Shown piece after piece: positions 7,506 through 16,125 of a stretch of DNA of 27,923 bases. Source of the DNA: a bacterium (GTDB taxonomy: Bacteria; Atribacterota; Phoenicimicrobiia; Phoenicimicrobiales; Phoenicimicrobiaceae); contig JAHJOY010000186.1 of the NCBI GenBank assembly GCA_018819665.1, forward strand, positions 1-27,923, in the 5' to 3' direction. Positions within the stretch are counted from its first letter, which is position 1, and each line of letters opens with the position of its first letter. Position numbers and translations under genes: made by a program. The notes under the pieces were generated by a model, which was not told the origin of the DNA, did no database searches, and was given only the letters and a program-made list of their open reading frames with translations.

Positions 7506-8640
7506 AAGAGCAAGTGTGGTAATAATTGGTGGAGGAGTTATCGGTTGCAGCATTGCTTATAATTTGGCTAAATTGGGATGTAAAGATGTAGTGTTGTTCG
7601 AGAAAAATAGTCTATCCAGCGGAGCTACCGGAAGATGTGGAGCAGGGATCAGACAACAATTTGGTACCAAGATGAACTGTATCCTTGCTCGAGAAAGTAT
7701 TAAAATATTTGAAAATCTAAGTCAGGAGCTGGACTATGATATTGAGCTCAACCAAGGTGGTTATCTTATACTGGCTTACACCGAAAAAGAAGTAAATCAG
7801 TTTAAAAAGAATGTTGCCTTAGAGCGATCTTTAGATATTGATGCCCGATTTATCTCAGTTGATGAAGCAAAAGAAATTGTCCCTCCTCTAAATGCCGAAG
7901 GAATATTAGCTGCCACTTTTTGTCCCACCGATGGACATGCCAATCCCTTTAAAACCAATTTTGCTTATGCGGAAGCTGCCCAAAGATTAGGTGTAAAGAT
8001 ATACACCTTTACTGAAGTAAAAGAGATTGGAACAGAAAACAATAAGATAGTGGCAGTTAAAACAGATAAAGAAAAGATATTAACTCCTATTGTAGTAAAT
8101 GCTGCCGGAGGATACTCAGGAACAATTGGAAAGATGGCTGGAGTAGATTTGCCAGTATATTCTCAAAGACACCAGATATTAGTTACTGAGCCTTTGGACC
8201 CTTTATTCAGACCGATGTTGATGTCTTTTTCCAGAAATTTCTATTGTCAACAGACTCCCCACGGTAGTATATTAATGGGCTGTGGAGATCCCAATGAGCC
8301 GAAAGGTTACGATATTGGCACAAGTTGGCAATTTGCTCGAGAAATTGCTCAAAAAATGACTACTATTGTGCCTCTATTAAAAGAGGTAAGTATGATTAGA
8401 CAATGGGCAGGATTGTATAATATGAGCCCAGATGCTCAACCAATCTTGGGTGAACACCCTCAAGTTGAAGGTTTTTACATGGCGATAGGATTTAGCGGAC
8501 ACGGATTTATGTTAGCTCCTGTAACCAGTAAACTTATTGCGGAGTTGATATTAGAAGGAAAGACTTCTCTTCCTATAGATAAATTAGATATAGGAAGATT
8601 CGAACGGGGTGAACTGATTATCGAACCCTCAGTAGTATAA
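7498..8640 (+). CDS. FAD-dependent amine/amino-acid dehydrogenase (DAO family; sarcosine oxidase beta / proline dehydrogenase beta)
   Basis: GGGVIG, GATGRCGAGIRQQF, WAGLY, PDAQP, GFSGHGFMLAP; start moved from 7489 to ATG 7498 on SD aggtg. Confidence 0.9.
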   Translation: MIKRASVVIIGGGVIGCSIAYNLAKLGCKDVVLFEKNSLSSGATGRCGAGIRQQFGTKMNCILARESIKIFENLSQELDYDIELNQGGYLILAYTEKEVNQFKKNVALERSLDIDARFISVDEAKEIVPPLNAEGILAATFCPTDGHANPFKTNFAYAEAAQRLGVKIYTFTEVKEIGTENNKIVAVKTDKEKILTPIVVNAAGGYSGTIGKMAGVDLPVYSQRHQILVTEPLDPLFRPMLMSFSRNFYCQQTPHGSILMGCGDPNEPKGYDIGTSWQFAREIAQKMTTIVPLLKEVSMIRQWAGLYNMSPDAQPILGEHPQVEGFYMAIGFSGHGFMLAPVTSKLIAELILEGKTSLPIDKLDIGRFERGELIIEPSVV

Positions 8641-8940
8641 GAAATAAAATAATAAAACTTATTTCATTCAATAAAAGAAGGGTTTTTTAATTTTTTGTAG
8701 AATATATATATGATAAATAGGTTAGGCAAAAAATAATCTACAGATGGTTTTTCTCAAAATTTAAAAAAGGTACCTAGTAACTGTAATTTTGTGAGTGACT
8801 ATTCTTACAGAAAAAAAAGGAGGTGAAAGGATTTCTTAAATAACTATATAATAGAAGTTACCTCTAATGTTATGGCTAATTAATTTGCTAAAATGATCTG
8901 TTTTTTTATGTATTTTAAAATAATTAAAGGAGAATTAAAA

Positions 8941-10107
8941 ATGAAAAGAATAAAATTTTTGTTAGTTATTAGTATGTTAGTATTGGCTCTTGGCGTAGCT
9001 TCTTTGGGAGTGATGGCTGCTGATAAACCACCGGTAGTAATCGGTCTTCAAGCTCCAATTACTGGTGCAGCCGCAATTGAAGGTGAAATGGCTAAACAGT
9101 CTGTAGAAATTGCAGCTCAAATGATCAATGAAAAGGGTGGAATTTTGGGTGGCAGAATGATTGAAATTAGAGTAGTTGATGATGCTTGTGAACCCAAACA
9201 AAGTGCTTTAGCAGCAACGAAGTTAACATCTCAGAAAGATGTAGTTGCTGCTATTCAAACCTACGGCTCTTCTATTACCCAGCCTGCTTCTGATATATAT
9301 GAAAAATATAAAAAAGTAAATATTGCTTATGGTGCAACTGTTACCGGTCTTACCGAAAGAGGGTTAAAGTATTTCTTCCGTACTTGTGGAAGAACCGATA
9401 CTCAAGGTGCATTTTTTGCAGATGAAGTCGTTCCCCTCTTTAATGCTAAAAAAATAGCCATTATGCATGATAACCTAACCTTCTCTTTGGGGCTTGCTGA
9501 AGATACCAAAAAATCCTTACAACCTAAGATAGATGCTGGAGAGGTAGAATTAGTCTACTTTGATGCAATTACACCCGGAGAATCTGATTATACTGTTCCT
9601 CTGACTAAATTAAGAGAAACTAATCCGGATATATTCTATTTCACCGGTTATTTCCCGGAAGCAGGATTAATAATCAGACAAGCCCGCGATATCGGAATTA
9701 CGGCAGTATTTGTAGGCGGAGATGCAGCCATTAATGAAGATTTCATTAATATTGCCGGTTTAGAGTATGCTGCAGGTTGTTATCAAACCCAGGAAGCCTT
9801 AATCGAATATTTTACCAACCCTGAAGCAATGGAATTTAAAGAAGCCTATAAGGCGAAATATAATACTCTTCCATCCAGCCCCTGGTCAGTTTATGCTGCC
9901 GATGCTCTCTGCGTACTTGCAGAAGCTATTGACAAATCTGGTTCCACCGATTCAGATGTCATCGCTGATTATCTGAGAAATAAGATGGATAAATTCCCCA
10001 GTATTACCGGTCCAATAAGTTTTGATGAAATTGGTGACCGTGTAGGAACCGGAATTAATCTTTATGTAGTAAACGCAGATGGAAGTTTCGGAATTTACGG
10101 AAAATAA
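8941..10107 (+). CDS. livK: Branched-chain amino acid-type ABC transporter substrate-binding protein
   Basis: Signal peptide MKRIKFLL...GVMA-AD, APITG, DDACEP, FFRT, DYTVPL, YAADA; RBS aaggag favours 8941 over 8893; substrate unknown. Confidence 0.88.
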   Translation: MKRIKFLLVISMLVLALGVASLGVMAADKPPVVIGLQAPITGAAAIEGEMAKQSVEIAAQMINEKGGILGGRMIEIRVVDDACEPKQSALAATKLTSQKDVVAAIQTYGSSITQPASDIYEKYKKVNIAYGATVTGLTERGLKYFFRTCGRTDTQGAFFADEVVPLFNAKKIAIMHDNLTFSLGLAEDTKKSLQPKIDAGEVELVYFDAITPGESDYTVPLTKLRETNPDIFYFTGYFPEAGLIIRQARDIGITAVFVGGDAAINEDFINIAGLEYAAGCYQTQEALIEYFTNPEAMEFKEAYKAKYNTLPSSPWSVYAADALCVLAEAIDKSGSTDSDVIADYLRNKMDKFPSITGPISFDEIGDRVGTGINLYVVNADGSFGIYGK

Positions 10108-10132
10108 AATAAAAATGAGGTAAGATACGAAG

Positions 10133-11044
10133 ATGAAAATCATATTAGAGCAGTTACTTAACGGATTGACCATAGGTTCATTTTATGCTCTTATTGCTCT
10201 CGGGTATTCCATGGTATACGGGGTAATGAAGCTGATTAATTTTGCGCACGGAGACTTATTTGCCCTGGGTTCTTATCTTGGATATACCCTTCTCGTATTT
10301 GGCTCTACCTATGTTACCGTCACCTTTGGTATATGGGGCGGTATGATTGCGGCTATGTTAATAGCCGCAATCGGCATAGGAATTGCCGGTACTTTAATAG
10401 AGCGAATTGCCTATCGTCCAATATATTCAGTAGGCCGGCTTCCCGCAGTAGTGTCTGCATTAGGTGCTTCAATTGTTATACAAAATGGGATAATGGTTGC
10501 TTGGGGCCCGCGCCCGCAAGCTTATCCCTCACAGGTTGTTCCTTCGATTATGTTAAATATTGGAGAGTTTAAAATTACTTTATTACAAGTTATAATTTTA
10601 TTGATTTCTTTTATGCTTATGGGACTTTTATATTATATTGTTCAAAAAACTACCTTTGGCGCAGCTATCCGTGCTTGTGCTTTGGATAGAGATACTGCCG
10701 CCTTAATGGGGATAAACATTGAAACAATTATATTTTTTATTTTTGCTTTAGGCCCGGCTTTAGGCGGAATGTCAGGAGTAATGGTAGGTATGTACTATAG
10801 GAAGATTAGTTTTATAATGGGATGGAATTATGGATTAAAAGCCTTTACTGCTACTATCCTGGGAGGTATCGGTAATATCCCGGGTGCAATGCTGGGAGGA
10901 CTTCTCCTGGGAGTATTGGAAATGTTAGGATCTGCCTACATTTCTACCGCTTATAAGGATGTGTTTGTATTTTTAGTTTTAATATTAGTATTAATTTTTC
11001 GCCCCAGAGGTCTTTTGGGTGAAAAAGTTGCAGAAAAAGTGTAA
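10133..11044 (+). CDS. livH: ABC transporter permease LivH
   Basis: NGLTIGSFYALIALGYSMVYG, NFAHG, GAAIRA, LGGIGNIPGA, RPRGLLG. Confidence 0.93.
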   Translation: MKIILEQLLNGLTIGSFYALIALGYSMVYGVMKLINFAHGDLFALGSYLGYTLLVFGSTYVTVTFGIWGGMIAAMLIAAIGIGIAGTLIERIAYRPIYSVGRLPAVVSALGASIVIQNGIMVAWGPRPQAYPSQVVPSIMLNIGEFKITLLQVIILLISFMLMGLLYYIVQKTTFGAAIRACALDRDTAALMGINIETIIFFIFALGPALGGMSGVMVGMYYRKISFIMGWNYGLKAFTATILGGIGNIPGAMLGGLLLGVLEMLGSAYISTAYKDVFVFLVLILVLIFRPRGLLGEKVAEKV

Positions 11045-11056
11045 AGGGGCGAAAAT

Positions 11057-12055
11057 ATGAAATTAAACAAAAATATAACAGAAAAAAATAGTATATTTAA
11101 AAATTGGATGGTTATCTTAGCAGCGATTTTATTTATAATATTACCTTTTATAATAAATGCTTATTGGGTAGATGTTTTATTTTTCTTCGGCATCTATGCT
11201 CTTTTGGGACTTAGTTTAAATATTGTTTTAGGAGAAGTGGGGCTTTTTGATTTAGGACATATTGGATTTATGGCTATCGGTGCTTACACTACCGCAATAC
11301 TTAATGCCACCTTTGGAATTCCTATAATTATTTTACTGCCAGTAAGTGCAATTGCAGCAGGTGCTTTTGCCTGGTTAGTCTGTTCTCCAATCATCCATTT
11401 AAGAGGAGATTACCTGTGTATCGTAACTATCGGGATGGGTGAAATTGTCCGGCTTACTTTAAACAATAATCCATTTGGAATTACCGGTGGTCCAAATGGG
11501 GTTTTCGGAATTGATTTTCCTTCATTGGGGAGTATCTTTGTAGTCGATAATTCTACTAAATTTTATTATTTCATATGGTTAATAGTCGGCCTAACCATCA
11601 TCGGTTTGGTTAATTTGCAGCGTTCGCGAATAGGAAGAGCCTGGAACTGCATCCGAGAAGATGAAATTGCTGCAGAAGCTACCGGGATTGATGTTAGGTA
11701 TTATAAGTTATTGGCTTTTGTTTTAGGAGCAGGTTTAGCCGGGGTTGCCGGTAATGTTTACGCTACTAAATTAATGATGGTTTCTCCGGAGAGTTTTAAC
11801 TTTATGGAATCCTGCATGCTCTTCTGTATTGTATTAATCGGAGGAATGGGTTCTATACCCGGAGTGTTAATCGGGGCTGCTGCCATCAGCCTTTTCCCGG
11901 AATTTTTCCGAACTTTCGCCCAATACCGAATGCTAATTTTTGGAGCAGCCATGGTGGCTATGATGGTCTTTAAACCCGGTGGTATTTGGCCCAGGAAAAG
12001 AGGAGCCGTTAAATTCAAATCACTTTTAATGAAAGCAGGAGATGAAAATGGCTAA
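11057..12055 (+). CDS. livM: ABC transporter permease LivM
   Basis: LRGDYLCIVTIGMGEI, TGGPNG, GRAW, REDEIAAEATG, GGMGSIPG. Confidence 0.93.
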   Translation: MKLNKNITEKNSIFKNWMVILAAILFIILPFIINAYWVDVLFFFGIYALLGLSLNIVLGEVGLFDLGHIGFMAIGAYTTAILNATFGIPIIILLPVSAIAAGAFAWLVCSPIIHLRGDYLCIVTIGMGEIVRLTLNNNPFGITGGPNGVFGIDFPSLGSIFVVDNSTKFYYFIWLIVGLTIIGLVNLQRSRIGRAWNCIREDEIAAEATGIDVRYYKLLAFVLGAGLAGVAGNVYATKLMMVSPESFNFMESCMLFCIVLIGGMGSIPGVLIGAAAISLFPEFFRTFAQYRMLIFGAAMVAMMVFKPGGIWPRKRGAVKFKSLLMKAGDENG

Positions 12056-12896
12056 AGACAATAATAGTATGGAAACAATGATAAGAACCAAACAAGCAAA
12101 TGAAGAAATAAATAAAATTAATAAAGTTGTTTTGCAAACCGATAAACTTACTAAAAAATTCGGCGGTTTAACTGCAGTAAACAATTTTGACCTTAAAGTG
12201 AGTCAAGGGCAAATAAGCAGCCTGATAGGCCCTAACGGAGCAGGAAAAACTACTGTTTTTAATGTAGTTACCGGCATATATAAAGCTGATGGTGGAAAAG
12301 TTGTCTTTAAGGGAGAAGACCTTGTCGGTAAAAAACCTCATCAGATTATAAAAAAGGGAATTGCGCGGACTTTTCAAAATATTCGACTTTTTTCCAATAT
12401 GACCTGTCTGGAGAATGTTATGGCAGGGCAGCACTGCCGTAGTAATGAGGGAACCTGGACTTCTATTTTACAAACTCCCGGACAAAAAAAAGAAGAATTG
12501 GAAATTAAGAAAAATGCTGAAGACCGCCTTAAACAGGTCGGATTATGGAAATATCGAGATGAATTAGCAAAAAACATTGCCTATGGTAATCAGAGAATGT
12601 TAGAAATAGGCCGAGCTTTAGCCTCTAATCCTGATTTATTAATTTTAGACGAACCAAGCAGCGGCCTAAATGATAAAGAATCTGAAGACCTGATAATATT
12701 TTTAAAATTCTTATTAAAGGAAGATTTAACTATTTTACTTATCGAACACGATATGAATGTAGTAATGGGAATTTCTCATTGGGTTACAGTAATGGACGAA
12801 GGTAAAAAAATTGCTGAAGGTTTGCCCGAAGATGTATATAGTAATCCTCAAGTAATTGAAGCTTACTTAGGCAAAGACGAAGAGGAGGAGGAATAG
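12048..12896 (+). CDS. livG: ABC transporter ATP-binding protein LivG
   Basis: FGGLTAV, GPNGAGKTT, RTFQN, LDEP, LIEHDM, EAYLG; SD aggag fits ATG 12048. Confidence 0.93.
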   Translation: MAKDNNSMETMIRTKQANEEINKINKVVLQTDKLTKKFGGLTAVNNFDLKVSQGQISSLIGPNGAGKTTVFNVVTGIYKADGGKVVFKGEDLVGKKPHQIIKKGIARTFQNIRLFSNMTCLENVMAGQHCRSNEGTWTSILQTPGQKKEELEIKKNAEDRLKQVGLWKYRDELAKNIAYGNQRMLEIGRALASNPDLLILDEPSSGLNDKESEDLIIFLKFLLKEDLTILLIEHDMNVVMGISHWVTVMDEGKKIAEGLPEDVYSNPQVIEAYLGKDEEEEE

Positions 12897-12900
12897 TAAT

Positions 12901-13638
12901 ATGACTACATTGTTGAAAGTAGAAGATTTAAAAATATTTTATGGTTCTATCGAAGCTCTTAAAGGAATTTCACTTACAGTTGATGAGGGTGAAATAGTTA
13001 CCGTATTAGGGGCAAATGGGGCCGGGAAAAGCACTCTTTTAAGGGCTATCTCCGGGTTATTGCCCATCCGCAGCGGAAAGATTAAGTTAGGTGACCAAGA
13101 ACTTAACAATGTTAAGGCATTCAAAATAGTTATGGGGGGCATTTCGCACGTACCCGAGGGTCGAAAAGTATTTGCAACTCTTACAGTCGATGAAAATCTT
13201 AATTTGGGTGCATATACTCGAAGAAAAGACAAAAAGAATATTAAAGAATCTAAAGAAAGGGTTTATGATTTATTTCCTATTCTTAAAGCGCGACGTAATC
13301 AATTATCCGGAACATTATCAGGTGGTGAACAGCAGATGTTAGCAATGGGAAGAGGTTTAATGAGCACCCCCCGCATCTTACTTCTGGATGAACCTTCTCT
13401 GGGTTTGGCTCCCTTATTAGTAAAACAAATTATCCAAATTATCCGTGAAATTAATAATCAGGGTATATCAATATTATTAGTAGAACAAAATGCCCGTAAA
13501 GCATTAAGTATCGCTGATAGGGGATATGTGCTGGAAACCGGGAATATTACTATTAGTGGATTAGCTTCCGAATTAAAGAGTAATAAAAAAGTCCAGGAGG
13601 CCTACCTGGGAGGCGCTGCCCTTAAGAAGAGAAAATAA
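12901..13638 (+). CDS. livF: ABC transporter ATP-binding protein LivF
   Basis: GANGAGKS, VPEGR, LSGGEQQMLAMGR, LDEPSLGLAP, VEQN. Confidence 0.95.
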   Translation: MTTLLKVEDLKIFYGSIEALKGISLTVDEGEIVTVLGANGAGKSTLLRAISGLLPIRSGKIKLGDQELNNVKAFKIVMGGISHVPEGRKVFATLTVDENLNLGAYTRRKDKKNIKESKERVYDLFPILKARRNQLSGTLSGGEQQMLAMGRGLMSTPRILLLDEPSLGLAPLLVKQIIQIIREINNQGISILLVEQNARKALSIADRGYVLETGNITISGLASELKSNKKVQEAYLGGAALKKRK

Positions 13639-13645
13639 AGTAATT

Positions 13646-13675
13646 AGCGTGGAGCGTATAGCGTATAGTGTATAG
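13646..13675. repeat. Heptamer array (AGCGTGG/AGCGTAT x4)
   Basis: agcgtgg agcgtat agcgtat agtgtat ag, just after the livF stop. Confidence 0.85.
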
Positions 13676-13760
13676 AAAAATATTCATAAGTATAAAAATA
13701 AGTTTTCGGTTATCAGTTTTTGGTGGAGCAGACGTTTTGCCTATAAAATAGTTCGTTAAT

Positions 13761-13790
13761 GTGGAGGGGTGTATAGCAATACACCCCTTA
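13761..13790. repeat. REP-like palindrome (family B)
   Basis: aggggtgtat-agca-atacacccct perfect 10-bp stem; relatives GTAGGGGCGTATT at 13979 and GTAGGGGTGTATTGTATACGCCCT at 24967. Confidence 0.75.
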
Positions 13791-13853
13791 ACTATTTACT
13801 AATAATCTTTTCTCTACTCGGTAATTTTTTCTGTCTCCCGTTTTCTCTTTCTT

Positions 13854-13954
13854 TACGCAATACGCGATACGAATATAAAATTATTGAAAAATGTTGCTAT
13901 TTTTGATATATTAAGCTTAAAATAGTATATAGTATGTAGTATTTAGTATATAGT
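13854..13954. repeat. Heptamer arrays flanking a promoter
   Basis: tacgcaa tacgcga tacgaat (13854-13874); agtatat agtatgt agtattt agtatat (13924-13951). Confidence 0.8.
13884..13912 (+). promoter_or_regulatory. Candidate promoter for phoU
   Basis: TTGAAA 13884-13889, 17 nt, TG-A-TATATT 13904-13912. Confidence 0.5.
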
Positions 13955-14140
13955 AAAGAAAATAAAAGAGAGAAAAAAGTAGGGGCGTATTACATAAAGT
14001 GTAAAGCTAAAAGCGCAAAACTGAATTCGTATCTAGTATCTCGTGAAGATGGTCAGCCGGTTGACCGGTTAGGAAAATAAGAGAAAGAAACCTAATTATA
14101 TATTATGTAGTAAAAAGAACAAAGTAAAAAAATCATACTT

Positions 14141-14216
14141 CCCTGGATTCCCGCGGAAGCGGGAATCCAGGGGTGAGAGATAAAAAAAGATGGATTCCCG
14201 TTTTCACGGGAATGAC
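14141..14216. repeat. Pair of ATTCCC-N8-GGGAAT (dRS3-like) palindromes
   Basis: 14-bp perfect stem ccctggattcccgc-GGAA-gcgggaatccaggg (14141-14172); ggattcccgttttcacgggaatgac (14192-14216); partial copy 25044-25062. Confidence 0.85.
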
Positions 14217-14274
14217 AAATGCCTATACGCTATACTGTTTACGATATACGAATAAATATAAAGGATTAAAGGTC

Positions 14275-14973
14275 ATGATTAGAAAAGAGAATATGAAAGA
14301 GAAAAAATTATATTTTGATAACGAACTTACCGGTTTAAAGGAAAGTCTGACAAAGATGGCAAATTTAGTCGAAGAAGCAATTGATATGTCTATAAAGTCT
14401 TTAGTTGAACAGGATTTGGATTTAGCGGCAAAGGTAATTGAAAATGATGATATAATTGATAAAATGGAATTAGATATCGAAGAACAGTGTTTGCAGATGA
14501 TTGCTCTACGTCATCCCATTGCCAAAAATTTAAGGATAATCGGCTGTGGTTATAAGACCGTATCTGACTTAGAAAGAGTAGCAGATCATGCCGTGAGTAT
14601 AGCCAAAGCCAGCCAATATCTATCTACCAAATCTATGGTAAAGCCCTTAATAGATATTCCCCGTATGGCTGAAATTGCTCAAAATATGTTGAAAGATGGA
14701 TTAAATGCCTATTTCAGCGGAGATGTAGAGTTGGCCAAGGAAGTATGGGTAAGAGATAAGATGGTTGACGATTTGGATAATCAGATATTTCGTGAACTCT
14801 TAACTTTCATGATGGAAGACCCCCATACTATCAGCAGAGCGATTCATTTGATTTTTGTTTCTAATAATATTGAACGGATTGCCGACCATGCTACGAATTT
14901 AGCAGAGAGGGTAGTATATATCGTTAACGGAGAAAGAATAAAAAATTATTCCAAAAACGATAAAGAAACATAG
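14275..14973 (+). CDS. phoU: Phosphate signalling/transport regulator PhoU
   Basis: Two PhoU repeats: DDIIDKME, P.AKNLR, DLERVADHA, DKMVDDL, NIERIADHATNLAERV; start 14275 or 14293 (track start 14173 runs through repeats). Confidence 0.92.
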   Translation: MIRKENMKEKKLYFDNELTGLKESLTKMANLVEEAIDMSIKSLVEQDLDLAAKVIENDDIIDKMELDIEEQCLQMIALRHPIAKNLRIIGCGYKTVSDLERVADHAVSIAKASQYLSTKSMVKPLIDIPRMAEIAQNMLKDGLNAYFSGDVELAKEVWVRDKMVDDLDNQIFRELLTFMMEDPHTISRAIHLIFVSNNIERIADHATNLAERVVYIVNGERIKNYSKNDKET

Positions 14974-15065
14974 AACATAAAACTTTAAGGTTAATTGAAT
15001 GAATGTTTTTGTTTTTTCTTTGACCGATCAGAAAGCAAAAAATAAATCAGAAAAGGTTATGAATT

Positions 15066-15752
15066 GTGGAAACAATTAAAAATAATTTGGAAGTAATAAA
15101 TGAAAAAATAAAAAAAGCAGCCTTAAAGGCGAACAGAAATCCTCAGGAAATAAAATTAGTAGCCGTAACCAAAACCGCTACCATAGAGCAAATAAAAGAA
15201 GCTATAAGTGCTGGGGTAAAAATAATTGGCGAAAATAAGGTTCAGGAAGCCAAAGAAAAATATCAAATTTTGAGTGCCGATATAGAGTGGCATTTAGTTG
15301 GACACCTGCAGACTAATAAGGTAAAATACGCTATAGAAATATTTGATCTCATTCACTCTGTAGATAGTATAAAATTAGCCAAAGAGATAGATAGACGTTC
15401 CCTGCAATTCGGGATGATTACCAATGTTTTGGTTGAGGTGAATGTTTCCGGGGAAGAAACCAAATACGGAATTAAATCGGAAGAAGTAGAACCTTTTCTA
15501 AAAGAAATATCTGAATTTTCCAGAATAAAGGTCAGAGGCTTAATGACTATTGCGCCAATAGCAGAAGACAAAGAAGAAGTTCGTCCATATTTTAGGAAGC
15601 TCAGGGAATTATCTAAAGAAATAAAGAGTAAAAATATAAAGAATGTTAAAATGGACTATCTTTCCATGGGGATGACTGATGATTTTGAGGTAGCTATTGA
15701 AGAAGGCGCTAATATGGTTAGAATCGGCAGAGGAATATTCGGGTTTCATTAA
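15066..15752 (+). CDS. yggS: PLP homeostasis protein (YggS/YlmE)
   Basis: LVAVTK, GENKVQE, WHLVGHLQTNK, GLMTI, LSMGMTDD, VRIGRGIFG. Confidence 0.96.
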   Translation: METIKNNLEVINEKIKKAALKANRNPQEIKLVAVTKTATIEQIKEAISAGVKIIGENKVQEAKEKYQILSADIEWHLVGHLQTNKVKYAIEIFDLIHSVDSIKLAKEIDRRSLQFGMITNVLVEVNVSGEETKYGIKSEEVEPFLKEISEFSRIKVRGLMTIAPIAEDKEEVRPYFRKLRELSKEIKSKNIKNVKMDYLSMGMTDDFEVAIEEGANMVRIGRGIFGFH

Positions 15753-15802
15753 TAAAATTATTACAACTATAAATTGATAAAAGCGGAGGGAAAATATTAT
15801 CT

Positions 15803-16072
15803 ATGCTTTTACTGATCCAAATAATTAACACAGTTTTCAGACTTTACAGTTATTTAATCTTAGCGAGGATATTTTTAACCTGGATACCCATAGATCCCTA
15901 TAACCCGGTGGTGCAGTTTATCTATAGAGTTACCGAACCGGTTTTAGCGCCCTTTAGGATTATATTGCCATTAGGGGGTGTAGGGTTAGATCTTTCTCCG
16001 ATAATTGTCTTTTTTTTACTAAACTTGCTCCAAAGAGCACTAATCAATATACTTGTTAGTATAGCTCTTTAA
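15803..16072 (+). CDS. yggT: YggT/YlmG membrane protein
   Basis: TWIP.DP.NP, VTEPVLAPFR, LDLSPII. Confidence 0.93.
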   Translation: MLLLIQIINTVFRLYSYLILARIFLTWIPIDPYNPVVQFIYRVTEPVLAPFRIILPLGGVGLDLSPIIVFFLLNLLQRALINILVSIAL

Positions 16073-16125
16073 AGTATATAAAATAAATTTAAATGATGAA
16101 ATATTAAATGAGGGAGGATAATTGA

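Noticed and set aside
8715-8770. c-di-GMP-I riboswitch (GGCAAA motif)
   Set aside because: No GAAA tetraloop/receptor or GACGCAAAGC segment
8893-8940. Upstream start of livK
   Set aside because: SD and signal peptide fit ATG 8941
14173-14274. N-terminal extension of PhoU
   Set aside because: Translates through dRS3-like and heptamer repeats; the family domain starts later
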